Assembly: GCA_900316795.1 (NCBI GenBank)
Contig: ONEF01000015.1
Span: 40,519 to 64,518 of the forward strand
Length of the DNA: 24,000 nt
Reading direction: 5' to 3'
Source of the DNA: an uncultured Bacteroidales bacterium
GTDB taxonomy: Bacteria > Bacteroidota > Bacteroidia > Bacteroidales > UBA932
In this document: piece by piece, positions 16,524 to 24,000 of the stretch
Position numbering within the stretch: position 1 is the first letter of the stretch
How the letters are laid out: each line of letters opens with the position of its first letter
Made by a program: the position numbers and the translations under genes
The notes under the pieces: model-generated
Database searches by the model: none
What the model saw: only the letters and a program-made list of their open reading frames with translations
What the model was told of the DNA's origin: nothing

Positions 16524-17303
16524 ATGGAAAATCTAACATCTATCGGTATTTCAGTGCTAGTCCTGGCTATTATTGTAATAGCTGTCACGTGGGCTATAAG
16601 AGGTATTGACTGGAAACTGATATTTAAACCCAAAGGAGAACGTGGAGAGTATTATGTCTCAAAACTGCTGAACCAGCTTCCAGAAGATCAATACCGCATC
16701 CTCAACGATATCACGATTCCAGGCAAATACAAAACATCGCAGATAGACCATATTGTCGTATCCATATATGGCATCTTTGTCATTGAAACAAAGTACTATA
16801 AGGGTTGGATTTTCGGTACTGAAGACAGTGAATACTGGACTCAGAACATATACGGATACAAGTATAGGCTGTACAATCCTATCCGCCAAAACAAAAGCCA
16901 TATCCTGGCATTGAAAAAAGCCCTTCCTGAACTTGAAGGCCTGCCTATTTTCTCAATCATAGCCTTCTCTTCTCAAGCACAGTTAGACAACAGGATTCCT
17001 TGCAGTTATGTTATTTACTGGGGCGATATTCTCCCCGCTATTACAAGCAGAAAACAAATCTCTCTTACCCAGGAGCAAGTTTCTTATCTCAGCGACAAAA
17101 TCTTATCGATTCGGCTAGATCCCGAACTAGCAAAATCCCGGCACATTAGCCAAGTCTACATAACCAAGTTTGTGAAGAATAGTAAGATACAATCTGGCAT
17201 TTGCCCTCGATGCGGAGGCAAGCTAGTCCTTAGGCATGGCAAATATGGCTCTTTCTACGGATGTTCAAACTATCCGTATTGCAAGTTCACGCTCGATACT
17301 TAA
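16524..17303 (+). CDS. NERD (nuclease-related) domain protein with N-terminal TM and C-terminal topoisomerase-type C4 zinc finger
   Basis: From ATG 16524: MENLTSIGISVLVLAIIVIAVTWAI (TM), GERGEYYVSKLLNQL...QIDHIVVSIYGIFVIETKYYKGWIFG (NERD), CPRCGGKLVLRHGKYGSFYGCSNYPYCKFT. The longer ORF start at 15945 is not supported. Confidence 0.88.
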   Translation: MENLTSIGISVLVLAIIVIAVTWAIRGIDWKLIFKPKGERGEYYVSKLLNQLPEDQYRILNDITIPGKYKTSQIDHIVVSIYGIFVIETKYYKGWIFGTEDSEYWTQNIYGYKYRLYNPIRQNKSHILALKKALPELEGLPIFSIIAFSSQAQLDNRIPCSYVIYWGDILPAITSRKQISLTQEQVSYLSDKILSIRLDPELAKSRHISQVYITKFVKNSKIQSGICPRCGGKLVLRHGKYGSFYGCSNYPYCKFTLDT

Positions 17304-17794
17304 TTATCGACGTTCTCAAGATTTGATTTACAACTAGATGTAGTTTCTTCTTGGCCTCCATACTCCTCACCGCTAATTCCCATGTCTTTGTTCTCAATAG
17401 AATCAGATTCTAACTCTTTAATAATCATTGGAAGCAATATCTCATCAGCTGGTAGCCAATTAACGCTATAGATATCATTGATTTCAAGCCATCTAGCCGC
17501 TTCGTGTTCATTTAGATGAATAGCTTCTGCCGCTAATGAACACATATAACAATGCATAATTAAATGAAACTTCGGATAATCCCACTCGACTGTATGTAGA
17601 AATTTATCTATGAGTATCTCAGTAGATAACTCTTCTCTAATCTCTCTTATTAGAGCGTCTTCGGGAGTCTCACCGAGTTCCATCTTTCCGCCAGGGAATT
17701 CCCACCAGTCTTTAAAATCACCATAACCACGCTGAGTGGCAAAAATCTCATTGTCTTTTCTAATAATTGCAGCAACTACTTCTATTGTTTTCAT
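17300..17794 (-). CDS. Nudix hydrolase (8-oxo-dGTP diphosphatase/MutT-like)
   Basis: Nudix box GGKMELGETPEDALIREIREELS; start codon overlaps the helicase stop (ATGA). Confidence 0.9.
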   Translation of the reverse strand: MKTIEVVAAIIRKDNEIFATQRGYGDFKDWWEFPGGKMELGETPEDALIREIREELSTEILIDKFLHTVEWDYPKFHLIMHCYMCSLAAEAIHLNEHEAARWLEINDIYSVNWLPADEILLPMIIKELESDSIENKDMGISGEEYGGQEETTSSCKSNLENVDN

Positions 17795-20730
17795 AAAGAT
17801 TGTTCTGTTAAATATTCGTAAAGATTGCTTTCGACAGGGGTATCAAGCCTATAACCAATTTCGACAGCCGTCACGTTCTCTGTGTCATTCATTACAAATT
17901 GTTGCAAATAGCCATTATGTCTCATCGTACCAAGAAAATAAAATTCTTTAGACGTTTGATCATCCTTATTCTTCCTAACAAAAAGAGGCATTAAAATACC
18001 CCGTTCTTCACTATGGATAGCATTTTGAACATCATCAGAATCAATAGTACGCCTACTCTTTGAAATGGCTGTCAAAGAAGAAGGATCATTAAAACGGTCT
18101 TCATATCTTGTTGTAGCTGTAATATCTTCTTCTTTCTCATAATTGATAAAGACAGGATATGTTCTTGAATATGAATCGTATTTATAACCACCAATATTTA
18201 AAGAAACTTCTTCTTTCTTCCAGTTTAGAAGCCAACATACTTCCGAATAAGTATATTTCTTATAAAGTTTAAATTGAGTCCCAGCATAGCTATTCGAATA
18301 ATCTCTTTTATAACGGTAAATACCAAAATCCAACAACTCTTTAACAGCCTCATAAAAAGCTCTATTTTTAAGCGCATTTTGGAATACTTCAGAAAGCACA
18401 AAGCCATGACTTGTTGAATGAGCTAACTCAATCTTAAATCTTTCTCCACGGAAGAAGCAACCAGAAAGAACAGAAATAACACTTGCACGTACGCTACTAT
18501 CTAATTTTAAGCCATATTGCTTTTCTAATAGTGTCTCCCATAAATCAGTCAACTCAGGCTTTTCTAATAAGAATCGTAAAAGGGTTAACTCATGTATTCT
18601 CATTCCGGGAGCGAGCTTGCGGGAAATGAATTCAAGAATTTTATATTGATCTTCAGACCATTTTTCTGTAAAATCATCCTCATAATCCTTTAGAAAGGCC
18701 TGATATGAGCCCTTCTTATCTATAAGACGAAGAGGATCCAATTCTCCCATTTCATCAAACTCTTTTAAATGAGGAATTCTACCAAGTTTATATTTAAGTG
18801 ACTGATACTCTTTTCTTAGCAATTTTATTTGATTAAGATCAGCCGTATCTATAGATTTATAAATCCTATCTCTTGAAATTTCGTCAAAATAAATAGTAGA
18901 CGCTCCTCTTATAATATTATTGCCCTCCATTATTGATCGGCGAATATTATCCTTATTCCCCGTTCTATCTCCGGATAGAGCTATAGGAATCATGTAGTTA
19001 GTCTGATAATTACCAATAAAATCAAGGACTATTACGAACTCCTTCCCCTCGGCTTTTCTAAGTCCTCGACCCAACTGTTGAACAAAGATTATTGGTGATT
19101 CTGTCGGACGAAGAAGAATAACCTGATTAATTTCAGGAACATCAACGCCTTCATTAAAAATATCAACAGTAAATATATAATCTAACTTGTCTTGACGTGA
19201 ATCTGAAACCAAACGGTCTATTGCATTTTCTCTATCTTGCTGAGAGTCATCCCCAGAAAGCATAATTGTATTATAACGTCCAGTTGCATTAAACTTATTA
19301 CTAAGCTCTCTAGCTTCTTCCTTACGACTACAAAAGATTAGCCCCTTTACCCTATCACCACTATATCCATAATATTCAGCTCTTTCAATAATATATTTAA
19401 CCCTTTTGTCTGAAGTAAGATGACGGAATCGAGATAAGTCACTTATATTCTCACCCTCAATTTCTAAATCCGTTATTCCAAAGTAATGAAATGGACAAAG
19501 CATATCATTTTCCAAAGCTTGTTGAAGACGAACTTCACAAGCAATATTATGATCAAACAATTTAAAGACATCAAAGCTGTCCGTTCTTTCAGGAGATGCA
19601 GACATCCCTAAAAGCAATTCAGGGTGAAAATACCTAATTATCTTTTGGTAGCTCTCAGCTCCACTTCTATGGCATTCATCTAAAACAATTACAGAATAAT
19701 CATTTGGACTAAACTGTTCTCGGATACTGTCTTTTGCCATCATATTCATGGTAGAGAACAAAAAGGTGGATGCTCTCGCTTTATAAAGGTCATTATTTGT
19801 TCCACTAAGAAGTTCCATCTTAACATTCGCACCAAAAATACGCCTATAGCTTTTAAGAGCTTGTCTATTAATTTGTTCTCTATGAGAAAGAAATAGAGCT
19901 TTTTTACCTTTAAGAATATTATCGGCAAACAGCTTTCTAATAGCAAATGCAGAGGCATATGTTTTACCAGTACCAGTAGCTGATATTAATAATGCCCTCT
20001 TTCCTCCAGAATGAATAATTTCTTCAATGTTATATATAAAAGTCTCTTGCATTGAATTAGGTTGCAGAACTTGAGAATAGCCAAGGTCTAAGGTTCTTGT
20101 AAGCTTTGATAAGTCTTCTCTCTCAATACGGCTATTCTCATAAAGTCTTGAATATTCATCTCTGTATTCTATGTAAGATACAGATGAGTTCCAAAGATCA
20201 TTAAACTCAGACTCTATATCTTTAGCAAAAGCCCCTGCAGAAGAGGAAACTAACCTCGTATTCCACTCATGATTTTTTGTAATTGCATCCTGTGTCAAAT
20301 TTGAACTACCAACAATGATACGGATATCGTCTCCATTATGAAACATATATCCCTTTGTATGGAATCCTATATTATTCTCTCCTGTTTTAAAAACTCGAAC
20401 ATCTAAATTTGTCAGAGATGATAGCTTATCCAGTGCCTTAGGATCGCTGAACATAAGATAATCAGTTGTAAGAATGCGCCCCTTAGTTCCCTGCTTTTCT
20501 AAATCTTTAAGAGTCCCAAGTAAAGGAGCAATTCCACCCATTGTAATAAATGCAACACTTATAAACCAATCATCGCATCCCTTAAGTTCTTTTTCAATAG
20601 CAGTTAATACCTTTTTTCCATGAGAATTAGAGAGTAAGCTTGGTGAATAAGTAGGATCTGATTCACGAGTAGCATCAATGAATGCTTTGTGATATCCATC
20701 GACTAATTTACGTATAGATAGCTTTTCCAT
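17791..20730 (-). CDS. PLD (HKD) phosphodiesterase - SF2 DEAD/DEAH helicase - DUF3427-type protein
   Basis: 979 aa; HTKGYMFHNGDDIRIIVGSSNLT (HKD), LLISATGTGKTYASAFA, VIVLDECHRSGAESY, MSASPERTD, QQLGRGLRKAEGKEFVIVLDFIGNY, long C-terminus as in DUF3427 proteins. Confidence 0.9.
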   Translation of the reverse strand: MEKLSIRKLVDGYHKAFIDATRESDPTYSPSLLSNSHGKKVLTAIEKELKGCDDWFISVAFITMGGIAPLLGTLKDLEKQGTKGRILTTDYLMFSDPKALDKLSSLTNLDVRVFKTGENNIGFHTKGYMFHNGDDIRIIVGSSNLTQDAITKNHEWNTRLVSSSAGAFAKDIESEFNDLWNSSVSYIEYRDEYSRLYENSRIEREDLSKLTRTLDLGYSQVLQPNSMQETFIYNIEEIIHSGGKRALLISATGTGKTYASAFAIRKLFADNILKGKKALFLSHREQINRQALKSYRRIFGANVKMELLSGTNNDLYKARASTFLFSTMNMMAKDSIREQFSPNDYSVIVLDECHRSGAESYQKIIRYFHPELLLGMSASPERTDSFDVFKLFDHNIACEVRLQQALENDMLCPFHYFGITDLEIEGENISDLSRFRHLTSDKRVKYIIERAEYYGYSGDRVKGLIFCSRKEEARELSNKFNATGRYNTIMLSGDDSQQDRENAIDRLVSDSRQDKLDYIFTVDIFNEGVDVPEINQVILLRPTESPIIFVQQLGRGLRKAEGKEFVIVLDFIGNYQTNYMIPIALSGDRTGNKDNIRRSIMEGNNIIRGASTIYFDEISRDRIYKSIDTADLNQIKLLRKEYQSLKYKLGRIPHLKEFDEMGELDPLRLIDKKGSYQAFLKDYEDDFTEKWSEDQYKILEFISRKLAPGMRIHELTLLRFLLEKPELTDLWETLLEKQYGLKLDSSVRASVISVLSGCFFRGERFKIELAHSTSHGFVLSEVFQNALKNRAFYEAVKELLDFGIYRYKRDYSNSYAGTQFKLYKKYTYSEVCWLLNWKKEEVSLNIGGYKYDSYSRTYPVFINYEKEEDITATTRYEDRFNDPSSLTAISKSRRTIDSDDVQNAIHSEERGILMPLFVRKNKDDQTSKEFYFLGTMRHNGYLQQFVMNDTENVTAVEIGYRLDTPVESNLYEYLTEQSL

Positions 20731-21084
20731 GCTTAGGATCTCAGTTTATATTGACTTCCGTAAACAAAAATACGAAAAATGAGAGACTTGAAAAATAGTT
20801 TCGTTTAATAAGAAGCTGCCAGAGAAGTCTGATATCGTACTTCAGCAGTGTGAAGAAGGCAAGGGCCGAGAAAAAAAGCCAGGGACAAGTATTTCAGTCA
20901 GGAAATCAAGGCAAAGTATAGTCGCTGAGAATCGCAGAAAAGAGCCCATTTTGCGTCAAAAAAGCAAAAACTATAGGGCGGACAAGGTAAAATGTACTTA
21001 TTTGCTTGCAAAACTCCCAATCATCGAATTATCTTTCCTTCCGGCCAAAGATAATCTTAACTAAATAGTTAAGAATTTGCTTTG

Positions 21085-21213
21085 ATGGAAAGGAATTATT
21101 TAATAAAATTGTATTCAGAAAACTGTATGACAAAAGTTGAGTTTACACCTTACATCCTAAGAGAAACAGCTGATATCTATTCTTTTAGGATTGAAGGGGA
21201 ATGGAGGTATTAA
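21085..21213 (+). other. Short ORF, possible decayed or frameshifted gene upstream of the XRE gene
   Basis: MERNYLIKLYSENCMTKVEFTPYILRETADIYSFRIEGEWRY* followed in the +1 frame by ...GIKRTRTYQEDKWLKECVETLQKIDKELMDLEECGVVLEDKIMNINLEL* ending at 21355. Confidence 0.3.
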
Positions 21214-21359
21214 GAGAACAAGGACTTACCAAGAAGATAAATGGCTAAAAGAATGTGTGGAAACTCTTCAAAAGATAGATAAAGAGTTGATGGATTTGGA
21301 AGAATGCGGTGTCGTACTGGAAGACAAAATAATGAACATTAATCTGGAATTATAGCTAT

Positions 21360-21677
21360 ATGGCCACCAAGTATGTAGATCCATTATTTGCCGAAATTCT
21401 AAAAGGCATTCCACCGCAAACTTCATATGAAGTAGGTTATTCCTATGACATAGCGACGGTTTTGCACAATGTCCTTGAAAGAAAAGGGTGGAGCCAAGTT
21501 GAGTTTGCCAGAAGACTCGGTAAGAAAGAATCTGAAATATCCAAGTGGCTTAGCGGAGTACATCCTTTCACAATGAAAACTATGGCAAAGATTTCAGCGG
21601 CCATCAACGATGACTTTCTGTGCCTTGTTTCAGATTACAGGAAAAAATTGAGGAGAAAAGCTGCTAAGCGTTTCTGA
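21360..21677 (+). CDS. XRE-family HTH transcriptional regulator (HigA-like)
   Basis: 105 aa; LERKGWSQVEFARRLGKKESEISKWLSGVHPFTMKTMAKISAAIND is a canonical HTH_3 region. Confidence 0.88.
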   Translation: MATKYVDPLFAEILKGIPPQTSYEVGYSYDIATVLHNVLERKGWSQVEFARRLGKKESEISKWLSGVHPFTMKTMAKISAAINDDFLCLVSDYRKKLRRKAAKRF

Positions 21678-22737
21678 AACGGGTGTAAACCTGCCAGGCG
21701 TGCTGGAGGGGCTCCGGATAGGTTTTTGTGGAGCTGCTATGTTTGGCAACGGGTGTGGACGGAATGAAGAATTCCGCCTGAAGCTCCGGTTTGAACGGTG
21801 TCCAGTTGCCGCAGATTATGCCGTCGCGGGCTATGACAGGCTGGAAGATGCCGCTGTTGTTGTGGGCCTTGTGGCGGTATTCAGGGGGAAGGACAACATC
21901 ACGGCTCTTGTAGCCGATCAGATATTCGTCGTATGGAGGAATCAGAAGAAACTTGCCGCTGCGGAAGCCTCTGGTGCGGCAGTCATCGGTGAGGAAAAAG
22001 TCACGGCCATTCCATCTCTCTTTGCGGATATAGTCTTTCTGGAGTTCTATTCCCCTTCTGCAGTCGCTGATGTTCAGGCCGGACCACCACACAAAATCCT
22101 CCAGGGTGGCAGGCTGTCGGCTACGGAAGTATTTGCGGGTGAGCATCATAAGTGCCTCATCCCGGTCAGTTCTGCCTGGGCGTGGACCAGCTTTTTTTGA
22201 AGCAAGAGCGTATGTGGCTTTCATCGGCAGAAGGTCTCCGCTGCAAAGAGTTCCTGTAAATTCCGCCATACGGATATGGTATGAAAGCCTGTGGTCATCC
22301 AGAGTTATGCCCCTGTCCACCAGTGCCTTGACAAAGTCATCCTTGGTGGCGCTGCCTTTGTCCTGGGCTGTTTGGGCCAGGATGTCACCAATGCGCCTGT
22401 ATTCTTTTTCTGTAATCACGATGCCGTTGCTGCTCATCCAGCCATTGGTTACGGAAATGGCTCTTGGGGAGAACAGATCCAGCATCCACCAGTAATCTTG
22501 TGCAGATACAAGCTGCCAGGTGCCTCTGAGAAGGTGCAGGCGGATGATGCTCCCGCTGTCAAAAGCATCCTTGAATGCCTTGGCGGAAGGTTTTTTGGTG
22601 CGCATGGCCACAGCCCAGCGCATCATACGGTATTCCTGTGCCTGAACGGCGCATAAATGGCGTACAACCTCAGCGGGAGTATTGAACTGAGGGGCTGCAA
22701 GCTGCTGGCTTAGAAGACGAATAACTACAGGGTTCAT
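21664..22737 (-). CDS. Winged helix DNA-binding domain protein, AlkZ-like DNA glycosylase family
   Basis: 357 aa; N-terminal LLSQQLAAPQFNTPAEVVRHLCAVQAQEYRMMRWAVAMR, GSIIRLHLLRGTWQLV, FLLIPPYDEYLIGYKSR are typical of HTH_42/AlkZ-like proteins. Confidence 0.85.
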   Translation of the reverse strand: MNPVVIRLLSQQLAAPQFNTPAEVVRHLCAVQAQEYRMMRWAVAMRTKKPSAKAFKDAFDSGSIIRLHLLRGTWQLVSAQDYWWMLDLFSPRAISVTNGWMSSNGIVITEKEYRRIGDILAQTAQDKGSATKDDFVKALVDRGITLDDHRLSYHIRMAEFTGTLCSGDLLPMKATYALASKKAGPRPGRTDRDEALMMLTRKYFRSRQPATLEDFVWWSGLNISDCRRGIELQKDYIRKERWNGRDFFLTDDCRTRGFRSGKFLLIPPYDEYLIGYKSRDVVLPPEYRHKAHNNSGIFQPVIARDGIICGNWTPFKPELQAEFFIPSTPVAKHSSSTKTYPEPLQHAWQVYTRFRNA

Positions 22738-22803
22738 CGCATTGCCCTAGATAAATATCTGGCTAATAGAGAAATCCGAAAGTCTTTTGAGCAAATGTAC
22801 ACT

Positions 22804-22821
22804 TGTTTATCGTAATAAACA
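22804..22821. promoter_or_regulatory. Operator-like inverted repeat TGTTTATcgtaATAAACA
   Basis: 7-bp arms (8 with flanking T/A), 67 nt upstream of the 22737 start codon. Confidence 0.6.
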
Positions 22822-22836
22822 AATTTTAGCGATTTT

Positions 22837-22854
22837 TGTTTATCGCGATAAACA
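22837..22854. promoter_or_regulatory. Operator-like perfect palindrome TGTTTATCGCGATAAACA
   Basis: 18-bp perfect palindrome, centre 33 bp from the preceding near-identical site. Confidence 0.65.
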
Positions 22855-22865
22855 GATTTGTTTTC

Positions 22866-23579
22866 CTAGTACGGCCACCAGGAAGGTTTGGTGTAGGCCC
22901 CTTGCTGCTCGTAGAGCTTGCGTTCGTCAGCCCAGGCCTGGTTGAAGAAGACGGAGTCCGCCCGGTCTGTGTAGAGAATGCCTTCCAGATGGTCTGTCTC
23001 GTGCTGGAAGATGATTGCGGTATAACCCCCTACCGTGTCTTTCTTGAACTGCTTTGTCTGGAAGTCAAAGTATGAGACAATTATGCTGTCTGCTCTTGGC
23101 ACTACTCCGCGATAGTTGGGAATGGATAGGCATCCTTCAGGCCCTTTTACAACATTTGTGAAGAGGCTGTCTATATGGACGTTGGCATAGACTTGGAGCG
23201 GACGGCCTTCCCTGTCATAGCGCATAAGGGCAAGCATCCTGAGATTTAGCCCGACCTGCGGGGAAGAAATGCCGACACCGTCCTGGCTCGGGTCCCGGAC
23301 TGTGGCAAGAAGGTTGCGGGCAAGAGTCGCAGCCTCCGGGCTATCAAGCTCCTCCTGAGTGAGATCTCTGGAGACTTTCCTCAGTATCAGGCTGTCTGAC
23401 TTGTCGGTGACAACAGTCAGATACATAACGGAATCAGACTGGCTGAGGATAAGAAGCTCTTCCTGCGTGAAGGTCGTGCCGGAAGGTCTGTCTGAGCTGT
23501 TGTCTGACTTGCTGCTTGATTTGCAGGAGAAAACTGCAGAAATCAAGGCGATTGCTGCAATAACTGATTTATATGACAT
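22866..23579 (-). CDS. Peptide deformylase family protein with lipoprotein-type signal peptide
   Basis: GVGISSPQVGLN, GPEGCLSIPNYRG, IIFQHETDHLEGILY match the three PDF motifs; N-terminus MSYKSVIAAIALISAVFSCKSSSKSDNSS has a lipobox-like VFSC. Confidence 0.88.
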   Translation of the reverse strand: MSYKSVIAAIALISAVFSCKSSSKSDNSSDRPSGTTFTQEELLILSQSDSVMYLTVVTDKSDSLILRKVSRDLTQEELDSPEAATLARNLLATVRDPSQDGVGISSPQVGLNLRMLALMRYDREGRPLQVYANVHIDSLFTNVVKGPEGCLSIPNYRGVVPRADSIIVSYFDFQTKQFKKDTVGGYTAIIFQHETDHLEGILYTDRADSVFFNQAWADERKLYEQQGAYTKPSWWPY

Positions 23580-23608
23580 ACGGCTTGGTATATTGTCAAC
23601 AATAAGTC

Positions 23609-24000
23609 CTATTTGAACTTGAAGGTATCCTTTAGGGTAACAGTACGGTTGTAAACCGGCAGTTCTGGAGTGCTGTCAGGGTCCTTGAAGAAGTAGCCTG
23701 TGCGCTCAAACTGGACTGCAATGCCGGAGTTGTCTTCCAGAAGTGCCGGCTCGGCGTATGCCGTGATGATGTCCATTGAATGAGGGTTCAGGAAGTCTTT
23801 GTAGTCTGAACCTTCCGGTATCTGGTCCATGAACTGCTCGGTGAAAAGGCGGTCCACAAGCCTTACTTCCAACTTCTTGGCGTGCTGGATACTTACCCAG
23901 TGGATGGTTCCCTTTACGCTTCTCCACTCGCCGGCTCCAGGTTTGGATGAAGGGTCGTATGTGCAGATGATCTTGGTTATGTTGCCTTCGCCATCCTTTA
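23609..24000 (-). CDS. glnS: Glutamine--tRNA ligase, C-terminal part (partial, runs off the window)
   Basis: Frame open to the window edge: KDGEGNITKIICTYDPSSKPGAGEWRSVKGTIHWVSIQHAKKLEVRLVDRLFTEQ...LNPHSMDIITAYAEPAL...VQFERTGYFFKDPDSTPELPVYNRTVTLKDTFKFK, typical of the GlnRS anticodon-binding C-terminus. Confidence 0.93.
   Translation of the reverse strand, partial: KDGEGNITKIICTYDPSSKPGAGEWRSVKGTIHWVSIQHAKKLEVRLVDRLFTEQFMDQIPEGSDYKDFLNPHSMDIITAYAEPALLEDNSGIAVQFERTGYFFKDPDSTPELPVYNRTVTLKDTFKFK

Overview
Bacteroidales-like chromosomal window (inference from gene content, lipobox proteins and TAnnTTTG-type promoter elements). Left: a minus-strand housekeeping block (start of a Kef-type antiporter, pgi, gpsA, rnhA, pdxA), then recG on plus. 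Middle (6427-12267): a tightly packed, translationally coupled plus-strand operon encoding a cytidylate-kinase-like protein, a stand-alone RelA/SpoT synthetase-domain protein, a stand-alone HD (Mesh1-like) hydrolase, a TIGR02172/APH-like phosphotransferase, a dCache + PP2C(SpoIIE) + RsbW-like ATPase sensor, and a STAS anti-sigma-antagonist-like protein. I consider this split-alarmone / partner-switching operon the best candidate for an undescribed system. Next come a convergent Hsp20 gene and a BIG2 lipoprotein gene. From 13.9 to about 21.7 kb is an accessory, partly AT-rich island. It has a cassette-like arrangement bounded by three near-identical 29-bp repeats with extended homology, carrying a barnase/EndoU-like (MuF-C-like) protein gene and a YhcG/DUF1016 PDDEXK nuclease gene. 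It also carries a duplicated 3' gene remnant, a ZIP-like fragment, a NERD + zinc-finger protein, a coupled Nudix and PLD-SF2 helicase-DUF3427 pair, and an XRE regulator. Right end: an AlkZ-like winged-helix protein with two upstream operator-like palindromes, a lipoprotein-type peptide deformylase, and the 3' end of glnS. All family calls come from reading motifs in the translations; no database search was run.
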